Source of the DNA: a virus
Lineage: Duplodnaviria > Caudoviricetes
Direction: 5' to 3' (one strand)
Length of the DNA stretch: 54,273 bases
Virus record (IMG/VR): IMGVR_UViG_3300043431_000269
Location: 1 to 54,273 of that record
Below the pieces are notes generated by a model that saw only the letters and a list, made by a program, of their open reading frames with translations, had not been told where the DNA came from and did no database searches. Positions 37,552 through 45,373 of the stretch are shown here, piece by piece; position 1 is the stretch's first letter; the number at the start of each line of letters is the position of its first letter. The translations under genes and the position numbers were made by a program.

Positions 37552-38523
37552 TCAACCGAGTGGGTCAAACTCGTCGGCGGCGGCCGTGGCGACCGGCTGC
37601 GTGAGCAGCACTTCGACATCGGCCAGGATCGCGCTGTTCTTGCCCAGCGGCTGCAGCTTCGTGACGGTGGGGCGTTCTTCGCCCGGCAGCCACTTGTTCA
37701 GGATCGACAGCACGCCTTCGCGGCCGTGCCCTGGCTTGTCCGACTTGTTCAGCGCCGTGATGCGCTCGACCAGCTTGGCGAACGGGGTGTCTTCGGCTGG
37801 CGCTGCTGCAGCTTCGACCGGGGCTGCCGGCGCGGCAGCAGCGGGAGTCTGGTCAGGCGCTGCAGCGGAGGGCGTCGAGGATGCAGTGGACGCAGCGGGG
37901 GTGGACGGTGCAGGGGCCGGCGCAGCATCGGTAGCGGGTGCTGCCCCCAAGCCACGCAGCGCCTCCTGGGTCTTTTTTTCGAAGGCCGCCTTGCATTCCA
38001 GATACTTCTGAGCGGTGACGATCAGCTTGCCCTCGATTGTGCAGTCCATGTCGCCGGGCCGCTGCGCGTACACGGTGTTGAACTTCTCGATCACGAAGTA
38101 GCGCGTGCCGACAGGATCGCCATCGACGAGGCCGAGCGGGCTCGCGTCGGTGCGATACCAGCCGTCGCCGACATTCAGGCCCGGGGGCGTGGCTTCCGGC
38201 TGGGCCTGGGAGGGTTCGGCTGTCACTGCGGGCTGCTCGACCTGGCCGGCAGCCTGCAGCTCTTGCACAGCCTCGGTCAGCTCATGCGCGCCGACGATGG
38301 CGGCTGCTTGCGCTGCTTGCGCTGCTTGCGCGAGACCGTCGCCGAGGGCTTCCGTCACGAGTTCGGCCACTGCGGTCTTGGTCGGGCGGCCGCGACGCTT
38401 CGGCGCGTCGCCATCGGCGGGGCTGGCGCTGGGCTGCGCTTCGCGCTGCAGGCCGGCTTGCATGAGCGCAATGATCTGCGTCAAGAGGACGTTGGTTTGT
38501 TCGATGGTCTGTTCGAGAGACAT
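37552..38523 (-). CDS. Ala/Pro-rich hypothetical protein heading the replication operon
   Basis: GGAG RBS; MSLEQTIEQTN start; flexible linkers; ends DEFDPLG. Confidence 0.75.
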   Translation of the reverse strand: MSLEQTIEQTNVLLTQIIALMQAGLQREAQPSASPADGDAPKRRGRPTKTAVAELVTEALGDGLAQAAQAAQAAAIVGAHELTEAVQELQAAGQVEQPAVTAEPSQAQPEATPPGLNVGDGWYRTDASPLGLVDGDPVGTRYFVIEKFNTVYAQRPGDMDCTIEGKLIVTAQKYLECKAAFEKKTQEALRGLGAAPATDAAPAPAPSTPAASTASSTPSAAAPDQTPAAAAPAAPVEAAAAPAEDTPFAKLVERITALNKSDKPGHGREGVLSILNKWLPGEERPTVTKLQPLGKNSAILADVEVLLTQPVATAAADEFDPLG

Positions 38524-38595
38524 GTGGTACTCCAAGGAAAAGTTGCGCGAAATCGTTTGTGCGAAACGCGAAACTGAGTATATGTGCCTTTCGCA

Positions 38596-38660
38596 AACTT
38601 AGCAACGGCGAAATCACGAGTAAACAAAAATTTCCGTTATTAAGCGGCTTGCGCTAAACT
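38596..38660. promoter_or_regulatory. divergent sigma70-like promoters with operator
   Basis: leftward TTTACT-17-TAAGTT (38624-38596); rightward TTCCGT-17-TAAACT (38632-38660); palindrome CTTAGCAACGGCGAAA at 38598. Confidence 0.55.
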
Positions 38661-38780
38661 AAGGTCACGGCACGCAGCGGTCTTGCGTGTCGAAAGTCGA
38701 AACCTTGGAGTACCAGCCAATGAAGAATCCCAGCGCAACCAACCGGCAGATCGCCGGCCATAAGACGGGGGGCGTCTGAC

Positions 38781-39041
38781 ATGCGCCTCCAGCCATCTCA
38801 CGCAGTCATCCTCACGCGGCTGCTGCACAGCGGCCCGACCAGCCTGGCGAAGCTGCAGGCCAACACCGGGCTCTCGGGGCCGACCATCACGCGCTGGCTG
38901 AAGAACCTGCGCGACGAGAACTACGTCTATGTGGCCGGCTACGGGCCTGACGCGCGCGGCCGCATGTTCACGCCGCTCTACGCCTGGGGCAACCAGCCTG
39001 ACGCTGCGCGCCCGGGGCGCTCTGGCGGTCCGGCCGCCTGA
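38781..39041 (+). CDS. winged-helix DNA-binding protein
   Basis: GPTSLAKLQANTGLSGPTITRWLKNL HTH; similar to 41634-42002. Confidence 0.7.
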   Translation: MRLQPSHAVILTRLLHSGPTSLAKLQANTGLSGPTITRWLKNLRDENYVYVAGYGPDARGRMFTPLYAWGNQPDAARPGRSGGPAA

Positions 39042-39052
39042 AGGAGCACGGA

Positions 39053-39610
39053 ATGGACGTGATGATCGTGGACAGGCGGACCATCAAGGTGCCCTTGCTG
39101 GAGCGCGTGCGCGCCAAGGTGATCGAGGACGGCGACTGCTGGGAGTGGCAGGGCTGCATGGGCAACAATCGCATCCCGCAGATCAGCTACCGCAACCAGA
39201 CGATGACCGTGCGCCGGGCGCTGCTAATTGACTCCGGCCATGCCATCAAGGGAACGAGCCAGGTCAGATCGAGCTGCGGCAACCAGCAGTGCGTCAACCC
39301 GGCGCACGCAGTCGTCGTGGATACCCGGGCGTTCATGCGGCAGCACGGGCGGGCGATGACCGACACCGCCAAGAACGTGCTGCGGTGCGCGCGCATCGCG
39401 GCCGCCCAGCGCGACAACTCGAACCTGTCATTCAACGACGTGACCGCCATTCGCGCGAGCACTGAAAGCTACCGGACGCTCGGCGAGCGTTACGGCGTAT
39501 GCAAGGACTACATCGGGAAGATCAAGCGGGGCGAGGTCTGGAAAGACTTCAGTGCCGCCAGCAACCCGTTCGCCGCCATGATCGGAGCACTGACATGCCA
39601 ACCACACTGA
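39053..39610 (+). CDS. HNH-like (His-Me finger) protein with C-terminal HTH, nuclease site degenerate
   Basis: DCWEWQG, CGNQQCVNPAH, then IRAS.ESYRTLGERYGVCKDYIGKIKRGEVWK. Confidence 0.7.
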   Translation: MDVMIVDRRTIKVPLLERVRAKVIEDGDCWEWQGCMGNNRIPQISYRNQTMTVRRALLIDSGHAIKGTSQVRSSCGNQQCVNPAHAVVVDTRAFMRQHGRAMTDTAKNVLRCARIAAAQRDNSNLSFNDVTAIRASTESYRTLGERYGVCKDYIGKIKRGEVWKDFSAASNPFAAMIGALTCQPH

Positions 39611-39927
39611 AGCTCGACCTCACCAACCCGGAGTGCAACCCGCTGCCGGAGCAACTGCAGCAGCTCGTTCAGCTCATGCTCGACGGCCGCGTGTCCACGC
39701 TCGCCATACTGGCCGAGGTCAAGCAGGACGACCAGCACACCCTGGGCTGGATCAACATGTTCGAGACGGACATCGACGACAGTGAATCTGACGTGCCGGC
39801 GCTGATCGGCCACCTCCAGATTCTGCAGCGCGAGGTGATGCGCGCGTGCGTGCCGAGCGACATCGAGTACCTGTCGCTCAACAACGTGACGTTCCGCGAC
39901 GGCGACGAAGACGAAGACGAGGGCTGA
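39595..39927 (+). CDS. acidic hypothetical protein
   Basis: GGAG RBS; in operon. Confidence 0.65.
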   Translation: MPTTLKLDLTNPECNPLPEQLQQLVQLMLDGRVSTLAILAEVKQDDQHTLGWINMFETDIDDSESDVPALIGHLQILQREVMRACVPSDIEYLSLNNVTFRDGDEDEDEG

Positions 39928-39930
39928 CCA

Positions 39931-40140
39931 ATGGCTGACGGCATCAAGATCAACTCGGCGCGCACGGCCGCCGTGGACCAGACCTTCTTCTGGAAGGACG
40001 CCAGCACCAGCCCCCCACCGAGAGGCGTGCGGCTGCTCGTGATCTCCGAAAAGACGGGCGTCGCCACGATCTCGCAGTGGAGCGACCACTTCGGCTGGTC
40101 GCATTGGGCCGGCCTGCCCAAGTTCAGGGAGGCTGCGTGA
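39931..40140 (+). CDS. DUF551-like small protein
   Basis: W....PPRG..LL...SHWAGLPK. Confidence 0.65.
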   Translation: MADGIKINSARTAAVDQTFFWKDASTSPPPRGVRLLVISEKTGVATISQWSDHFGWSHWAGLPKFREAA

Positions 40141-40364
40141 AGAAACCCGTAGCCAGGCGCGGGCCGCCCGCCAATCTGGTGGAATCCCACCAGATTAAAA
40201 AGCCGGCCAGTCGCACCCTGGGCGACCTGCGGCCGAACGCCACCATCAAGTGCCTCGTGTGCGCCGAGGACAAGCCGCAGGTCGGCTCCACCAAGTTCCA
40301 CGCGCACCACGTCTGCGCGCCATGTACGCAAAAGCTCCAATCGAAAGGTGATCACCATGCCTAA
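40137..40364 (+). CDS. small zinc-finger protein
   Basis: GGAGG RBS, GTGA overlap; CLVC...CAPC. Confidence 0.6.
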   Translation: MKKPVARRGPPANLVESHQIKKPASRTLGDLRPNATIKCLVCAEDKPQVGSTKFHAHHVCAPCTQKLQSKGDHHA

Positions 40365-40860
40365 GTCCGCCGCCCCGCGCAAGAAGTACCGCCCGAAGGG
40401 TGTGATCCGCGACACGATGGGCTGGGTCCGCGAGACCCACATGCCGATCAGGGAGCACGACAACTACGTGTTCAACCTCAAGATCAAGAACCACGGAGCG
40501 ATGCGCGCGTTGTTCACTGGCAAGGCCACCTTCGAGGACATTCGGACGCTGATCGCCATGCACAATCTCTGCGAGGGGTTGTGGCAAATGGAGATCGGCA
40601 AGGACTACGGTGGCTACATCATTCGCGGCAAGGTGGCGCTGCTCGACGTGCATGAGCGCGGGGAGTCCAGCGGCAAATACATTCTTCACGCGGCCGAGAT
40701 GCAAGCACTCAACGACTTGCTGGAGCTGTTCGACGAGCAAATGGAAGTCTGCACGTTGGGCGACATCGAGAAGGCACGCGAGCTGGCGCTGAAAAGCGTG
40801 CGCGACAAGAAAGCATTTGTCTTGCGAACAAAACAGCAACTGCTTGAGGCTGCTCGATAG
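40357..40860 (+). CDS. hypothetical protein
   Basis: PRKKYRPK N-terminus, helical body. Confidence 0.7.
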   Translation: MPKSAAPRKKYRPKGVIRDTMGWVRETHMPIREHDNYVFNLKIKNHGAMRALFTGKATFEDIRTLIAMHNLCEGLWQMEIGKDYGGYIIRGKVALLDVHERGESSGKYILHAAEMQALNDLLELFDEQMEVCTLGDIEKARELALKSVRDKKAFVLRTKQQLLEAAR

Positions 40861-40986
40861 AAATTTACAATGACAAAAGAGGGGTGACTCTCTTTTACTT
40901 TTAGGTAAATTCGTACACAATAGTCTCACAGCAGCGAGAAAAGGAGGTCAGTAAGGCAAAACGGAGCATCAACTCAAGAGGACAAC

Positions 40987-41157
40987 GTGAACAGCAAAAA
41001 GTATCGACCTGAATCCACAACAATCGGTCGGCCTCCGCTCAAGGAGGGTGAGCGAACACTCCCTGTGACGATTCGCTTGACCGAGAAGCAACGAGAGAAA
41101 TTCATTCAACTCGGCGGTGTCAACTGGCTAAGAAATCTACTCGATCAAACCAAGTGA
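40987..41157 (+). CDS. 56-aa ribbon-helix-helix-like protein (missed by the ORF track)
   Basis: GAGGA RBS, GTG start; GRPPLKEGERTLPVTIRLTEKQREKFIQLGGVNWLR; AT-rich upstream region. Confidence 0.65.
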   Translation: MNSKKYRPESTTIGRPPLKEGERTLPVTIRLTEKQREKFIQLGGVNWLRNLLDQTK

Positions 41158-41166
41158 GAAGCAACA

Positions 41167-41637
41167 ATGACTAACAAGAACCAATGCCTGCACGACATGA
41201 TCTCCCGCCTGGAGCGCGGGGCGTCCGGCATGGAGGACCAGGCGGCGATTGCCGGGGAGATGCGAACCCTGATCGCCAAGATCGCGCTCATGGAGGAACG
41301 CGACGCCAGCATGTTCGAGAACTGCGTGAAGCTGCACGCGACGATCGACCTGTTGGAGACGAAGGTGAGCAACCTGACGCTGCAGGCCACGATGTCGAGC
41401 AACCTGCACGCGCTGGCGCTGAAGCAACGCGATGACGCCTGGGCGCAGGTCAGCGAGATGCGCGAGGCGCTGACGCGCAGCGAGGTGCGCGCAGCGACGC
41501 CGCAAGGTGAAGGTACCGCGCCCGGCTGCGAAAAGCTCTGCGAGGACGAGGGCTGCCCGCATCACGGCCAGGATCACGTCTGCATCGACTCCACGCGCCA
41601 GCGGCGCGCCGCCAAGCGCCTGGGGATGAAATCATGA
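41167..41637 (+). CDS. coiled-coil hypothetical protein with Cys/His cluster
   Basis: heptad-rich; CEDEGCPHHGQDHVC. Confidence 0.65.
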   Translation: MTNKNQCLHDMISRLERGASGMEDQAAIAGEMRTLIAKIALMEERDASMFENCVKLHATIDLLETKVSNLTLQATMSSNLHALALKQRDDAWAQVSEMREALTRSEVRAATPQGEGTAPGCEKLCEDEGCPHHGQDHVCIDSTRQRRAAKRLGMKS

Positions 41638-42002
41638 GCCGCCCCGAGGTGACGATGACCGAGCCCCGGGCAATCATCCTTGAGCGCCTGAAGACCATCG
41701 GGCCGATGCTGGCGAAGGAGATCGAGGCCGAGTGCGGCCTGGGCCACGAGGGCACGCGCAAGGCAATCAACGCCATGCACGCGGCCGGCCTGATCTACGT
41801 GAAGGACTGGCCGCACCTGACGGTGCAGCGCGCGCGGCTGTGGGCGCTGAAGACGAGCCGCAACCAGATCGACGCGCCGAAGCCCGCCAAGGGCACCAAC
41901 GCCGAGTACCAGGCGACCTACCGCGCGCGCCACAAGCGCGTGCTGAAGGCCCGCCGCTCGGCGGTTGCACGCACCAACCCGTTCGCCGACCTGATCGGCT
42001 GA
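41634..42002 (+). CDS. winged-helix DNA-binding protein
   Basis: GPMLAKEIEAECGLGHEGTRKAINAMHAAGLIYV. Confidence 0.7.
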   Translation: MSRPEVTMTEPRAIILERLKTIGPMLAKEIEAECGLGHEGTRKAINAMHAAGLIYVKDWPHLTVQRARLWALKTSRNQIDAPKPAKGTNAEYQATYRARHKRVLKARRSAVARTNPFADLIG

Positions 42003-42012
42003 AAGCAAGACC

Positions 42013-42357
42013 ATGAGCACGAAAAGCGTTAGCCAGGAGGTGCGTGACGCCATCACGCACGAGTTGAACATCGCACGGTGCCACTCGAACCGAGTCGTCG
42101 GCAACGGGGAACTGTGCATTTCCGACGCCGCTAAGACCATGCAGATCCAGCCGCGCAAGCTGTTTGCCTGGATGGAGCAGCACCAGTGGATCTTCCGCCG
42201 TGGCAACAAGTGGGTGGCCTACCAGGACCGCATCCAGTCCGGCTACCTGACGCACCGCGTCACCCTGGTGGAGCGCAAGGACGGAACCGACAAGGAAGTG
42301 GCCCAAGTGCTGGTGACGGCCAAGGGTCAGGCCAAGCTGGCCGAGGTGGCGGCATGA
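42013..42357 (+). CDS. antirepressor KilAC (ANT) domain protein, stand-alone
   Basis: LCISDAAK..I.PRKLFAWM....WIFR....AYQDRIQSGYL...QVLVTAKG. Confidence 0.8.
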   Translation: MSTKSVSQEVRDAITHELNIARCHSNRVVGNGELCISDAAKTMQIQPRKLFAWMEQHQWIFRRGNKWVAYQDRIQSGYLTHRVTLVERKDGTDKEVAQVLVTAKGQAKLAEVAA

Positions 42358-43781
42358 ACGTCATCAGATTCGGTTCTGTGTGCAGCGGGATCGAGGCCGC
42401 ATCGGTAGCTTGGCATCCGCTTGGCTGGCGCGCCGCATGGCTCGCCGAGATTGAGCCGTTCCCCTGCGCAGTGCTGGCACACCATTACCCGGACGTTCCC
42501 AACCTGGGCGACATGACAGCCCTGCCCGACCGCATCGCCAGCGGCGAGATTGAAGCGCCTGAAATCTTCTGTGGCGGCACCCCGTGCCAAGCTTTTTCCG
42601 TAGCCGGCCTGCGCAAGTCTCTTGATGACGCGCGCGGGAACCTCTCCCTGACCTTCTGTGAAATCTCAAATGCAATTGATTCAGCTCGACATGTTCGCGG
42701 AGAGCAGCCCGCCATCATTTTCTGGGAAAACGTCCCCGGAGTCCTCAACACCAAAGACAACGCATTCGGCTGCTTTCTTGGAGCGCTTGCCGGCGAAGAT
42801 GATCCGCTCGTCGCACCAGGGGGCAAATGGACGAACGCAGGTTGTGTGTATGGACCTCAAAGAGCAGTGGCGTGGCGCATCCTCGACGCCCAATATTTCG
42901 GAGTGGCCCAACGACGCCGACGTGTGTTCGTTGTCGCAAGTGCTCGAACAGGGTTCGATCCCGCAGCGGTTCTTTTTGAGTTCGACGGCGTGCGCCGGGA
43001 TACTGCGCCGAGCCGAGAAGCGGGGAAAGAGCCTACCGTCGGCACTATCCGCAGCACTGACGGCGGTTGCGACGTTGACCACATCCGAGCCGGACACGCC
43101 GTAGCCTTCGGCGGAAACAACCAGTCCGGCCCCATCGACGTGGCCACTGCCCGCAACGCATGCGCCAGCGCCAGCGGGAGGATGGACTTTGAAACCGAGA
43201 CGTTCCTGGTGCAACCGGCCTTTGCCATCCAAGCAGGCGCTCTGCGCACAAACCCAGCTAGTGGCCCCGATGGTATCAGTGTTCAAGCAGACCACGCCTA
43301 CACCCTGGAAGCCAGATCCGAAGTGCAGGCGGTCGCCTTCCACCCCACGCAAGACCCGATCAGCAACACAGACGGCACCACACACGCGCTGGGATGCGGA
43401 TCGTCAGGCGGGCAGGCCAGCATTGCGGTGGCAATGATCAATATGCAGGGAAGCAAAGGCAACGCCGTGGCGCAGGCTGACAGCCCGAGCTTCACACTCA
43501 ACGCCATGCACGGGCATGACGTTCATGCCGTGGTCGCACCGCCCATCATGCAAGTCCGCCGCCTGACCCCACGGGAATGTGAGGCACTTCAGGGATTTCC
43601 GCAGAATTACACCGCCATCCCCTGGCGCAAGAAGCCGGCCAGCGAGTGCCCGGACGGCCCGCGCTACAAGGCCCTGGGCAACAGTTGGGCGGTGCCGAAC
43701 GTGCGCTGGATCGGTCGGCGCATCGACGCGCATTTGCGTGCTCTGAGCGGTTCGGAAATCGAACCAGGAGAGGACGCATGA
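42354..43781 (+). CDS. DNA (cytosine-5) methyltransferase
   Basis: motif I FGSVCSGIEA, IV GGTPCQ, VI WENVPG, VIII QRRRRVF, IX RRLTPRECEALQGFP, X ALGNS. Confidence 0.93.
   Translation: MNVIRFGSVCSGIEAASVAWHPLGWRAAWLAEIEPFPCAVLAHHYPDVPNLGDMTALPDRIASGEIEAPEIFCGGTPCQAFSVAGLRKSLDDARGNLSLTFCEISNAIDSARHVRGEQPAIIFWENVPGVLNTKDNAFGCFLGALAGEDDPLVAPGGKWTNAGCVYGPQRAVAWRILDAQYFGVAQRRRRVFVVASARTGFDPAAVLFEFDGVRRDTAPSREAGKEPTVGTIRSTDGGCDVDHIRAGHAVAFGGNNQSGPIDVATARNACASASGRMDFETETFLVQPAFAIQAGALRTNPASGPDGISVQADHAYTLEARSEVQAVAFHPTQDPISNTDGTTHALGCGSSGGQASIAVAMINMQGSKGNAVAQADSPSFTLNAMHGHDVHAVVAPPIMQVRRLTPRECEALQGFPQNYTAIPWRKKPASECPDGPRYKALGNSWAVPNVRWIGRRIDAHLRALSGSEIEPGEDA
42670..43104 (+). CDS. nested alternative-frame ORF resembling the M.EcoHK31I beta polypeptide
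   Basis: SGKTSPE...EWPNDADVCSLSQVLE..IPQRFFLSSTACAGILRRAEKRGKSLP..L..AL in the +1 frame inside the MTase. Confidence 0.65.
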   Translation: MQLIQLDMFAESSPPSFSGKTSPESSTPKTTHSAAFLERLPAKMIRSSHQGANGRTQVVCMDLKEQWRGASSTPNISEWPNDADVCSLSQVLEQGSIPQRFFLSSTACAGILRRAEKRGKSLPSALSAALTAVATLTTSEPDTP

Positions 43782-44040
43782 GCTTCCAGGCCATGACGTG
43801 GGCTATCGAGCAGACGTGCAGCAGCTCGGGCCAGAAGCTGGCGCTGCTGATGCTGGCCAACCACAGCAACCGTTCGCCGGCCCGAACGGTGAGTTCCCGG
43901 TGCTCCAGCACTCCAACGGCAGCTTTGTCGAATGCGGCGGGGAACTCGCCACGTTCGCGCGCTTGCTCGATGCGGACCGGGCCGCTGAGATCGCAGCGGC
44001 CGTGGCCGCCGAGCGCAAGGCTATCCAGGCCAGGGGGTAG
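43778..44040 (+). pseudogene. truncated HTH replication-initiator N-terminus fused out of frame to another gene fragment
   Basis: MSFQAMTWAIEQTCSSSGQKLALLMLANHSN (to about 43870) with strong RBS, then similarity is lost; another frame carries a plausible C-terminus to 44040. Confidence 0.6.
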
Positions 44041-44042
44041 TC

Positions 44043-44252
44043 GTGATCACAAGCAGCGCGATCTTCGCGGGCATGGCATACCTGCTCGGTGCTGTCGGCG
44101 GGTTCGTCGTGGGCTGGTGCGCCTGCAAGACCCAGCGAGAGCCCTGGCCCGAGTACCGCGTGCGTCGAGCGCCGTCCTCGCAGATTCCGCCCAGGCGCGC
44201 CCCTGGCTACGCAAACGCTGAATCGAAAAAAGATTTGGCAGACGCTAAATAA
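44043..44252 (+). CDS. small membrane protein
   Basis: AGGGGG RBS, GTG start, N-terminal TM helix. Confidence 0.6.
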   Translation: MITSSAIFAGMAYLLGAVGGFVVGWCACKTQREPWPEYRVRRAPSSQIPPRRAPGYANAESKKDLADAK

Positions 44253-44270
44253 ACGCGCTACAATCCAGTC

Positions 44271-44358
44271 ACCGAGTTAACCCCTCTCGGCACACCGCAC
44301 AGAGCGGTGTCACTTCCAACCCCGCACGACGCTACGATCTGTGCGGGGTTATTTTTTT
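44271..44358 (+). ncRNA. candidate ~88-nt small RNA with its own promoter and terminator
   Basis: TTGGCA-18-TACAAT (44235-44264); hairpins 44272-44290 and 44292-44310; terminator AACCCCGCAC/GTGCGGGGTT plus T7 (44318-44358). Confidence 0.6.
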
Positions 44359-44360
44359 GC

Positions 44361-44832
44361 CTACTTCAGCAGCCGGGCCAACTGCTTGACGTGGTGCTCG
44401 CGCGGCCGCCCGCCGTGGTCCACGGTGTCGAGGTAGGCCAGGGCCACCACGTCGGCGAACTTGTCCGCGCTCGGGTGGACGCCCTCGTTCTCGCACGCAG
44501 CGCCGACCATGCGGATCACGGCCGTGATCATCGCCGTGATGTCGTCGGGCGCGGCCTCGGCCGCCTGGGCTGCTGGCGCTGGGGCGGCCGGCGCCGCGCG
44601 GGCCGGCTGCCCGGGGCGGTGAGCCATCCAGCGCACCGTCCGGCAGGCCGAGCAGTTGCTCGAACTTGCGCGCCGTCTTCTCGGTGATGTCGCGGCTGGG
44701 CTTCGGGCCGATCATTTGCGAAATGAACGACGGATTCGCGTAGCCCAGGGTCTTGGCGACCTTCGTGACGCCGCCGCGCTGATCGACGACGACCCGCAGG
44801 TTTTCGCGTCGGCGCTGTGCAACTTCGCTCAT
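44361..44832 (-). pseudogene. CI-like repressor, frameshifted between HTH and C-terminal domain
   Basis: RRENLR..GGVTKVAKTLG..PSFISQM..ITEKTARKFE..LGLPDGALD HTH in one frame; well-formed C-terminal domain ending at 44361 in another frame; divergent from cro. Confidence 0.7.
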
Positions 44833-44923
44833 GTGTAGGCCCTAGCCAAAGTGATTCGAATGGTGATGTTCCTAAAACTATCAAATACAAACACATTTGT
44901 AAAGAGCACTTTTGCGAGAAACA

Positions 44924-44952
44924 TTGACAGAAAGTTTCGCAAACGCGATACT
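44924..44952 (+). promoter_or_regulatory. strong PR-like promoter with operator; leaderless cro mRNA
   Basis: TTGACA-17-GATACT; +1 about 44959 = ATG; palindrome TTTCGCAAACGCGATA at 44935-44950. Confidence 0.8.
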
Positions 44953-44958
44953 TGCGAA

Positions 44959-45210
44959 ATGGAACACAAAAGCATCACCCCTTTGCTGGAGTTGCTGCGA
45001 ACCTGCACCGTGGAAGAACAGGTCGAACTGGCCTCCCTGGCGAAGACTACCCGCAACTACCTCTACCAGATCGCCACGCAGCACCGCTGCGCGATCAGCG
45101 CGCTCATGGCCCTGCGCATCGAGCGAGCGGCGACCAAGATGCACGTCAAGTCGCTGGGGCGCATCCCGAAGATTTGCATGGAAGAACTGGCTTTGATGGC
45201 CGAAAAATAA
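44959..45210 (+). CDS. Cro-like HTH protein
   Basis: EEQVELASLAKTTRNYLYQIA..HR..S..MALRIERA; divergent from repressor. Confidence 0.75.
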   Translation: MEHKSITPLLELLRTCTVEEQVELASLAKTTRNYLYQIATQHRCAISALMALRIERAATKMHVKSLGRIPKICMEELALMAEK

Positions 45211-45246
45211 CGTCGCAGTTTCGCAATTGCGATATAAAATGGGTCT

Positions 45247-45373
45247 CGCCAGCTAAATTCCCAAGCACCTGCAGAGTTCAGCGGCGAGGGGAGGGCACCT
45301 CGTTTTGCGGCGAGGTTTGGCTGGCGTCTAGGCCCTCCCCTCACCCATGGGCACAAGAAAGGCACGCCAGCCA
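45247..45373 (+). ncRNA. structured leader with mutually exclusive pairings (P4 CI-RNA-like architecture)
   Basis: 11-bp stalk 45286-45296/45332-45342, inner hairpin 45297-45316, segment 45316-45327 complementary to both 45247-45257 and 45364-45373. Confidence 0.55.

Noticed and set aside
39053-39610. Intron-encoded homing endonuclease
   Set aside because: Free-standing in an operon, catalytic residues look degenerate, and no interrupted host gene
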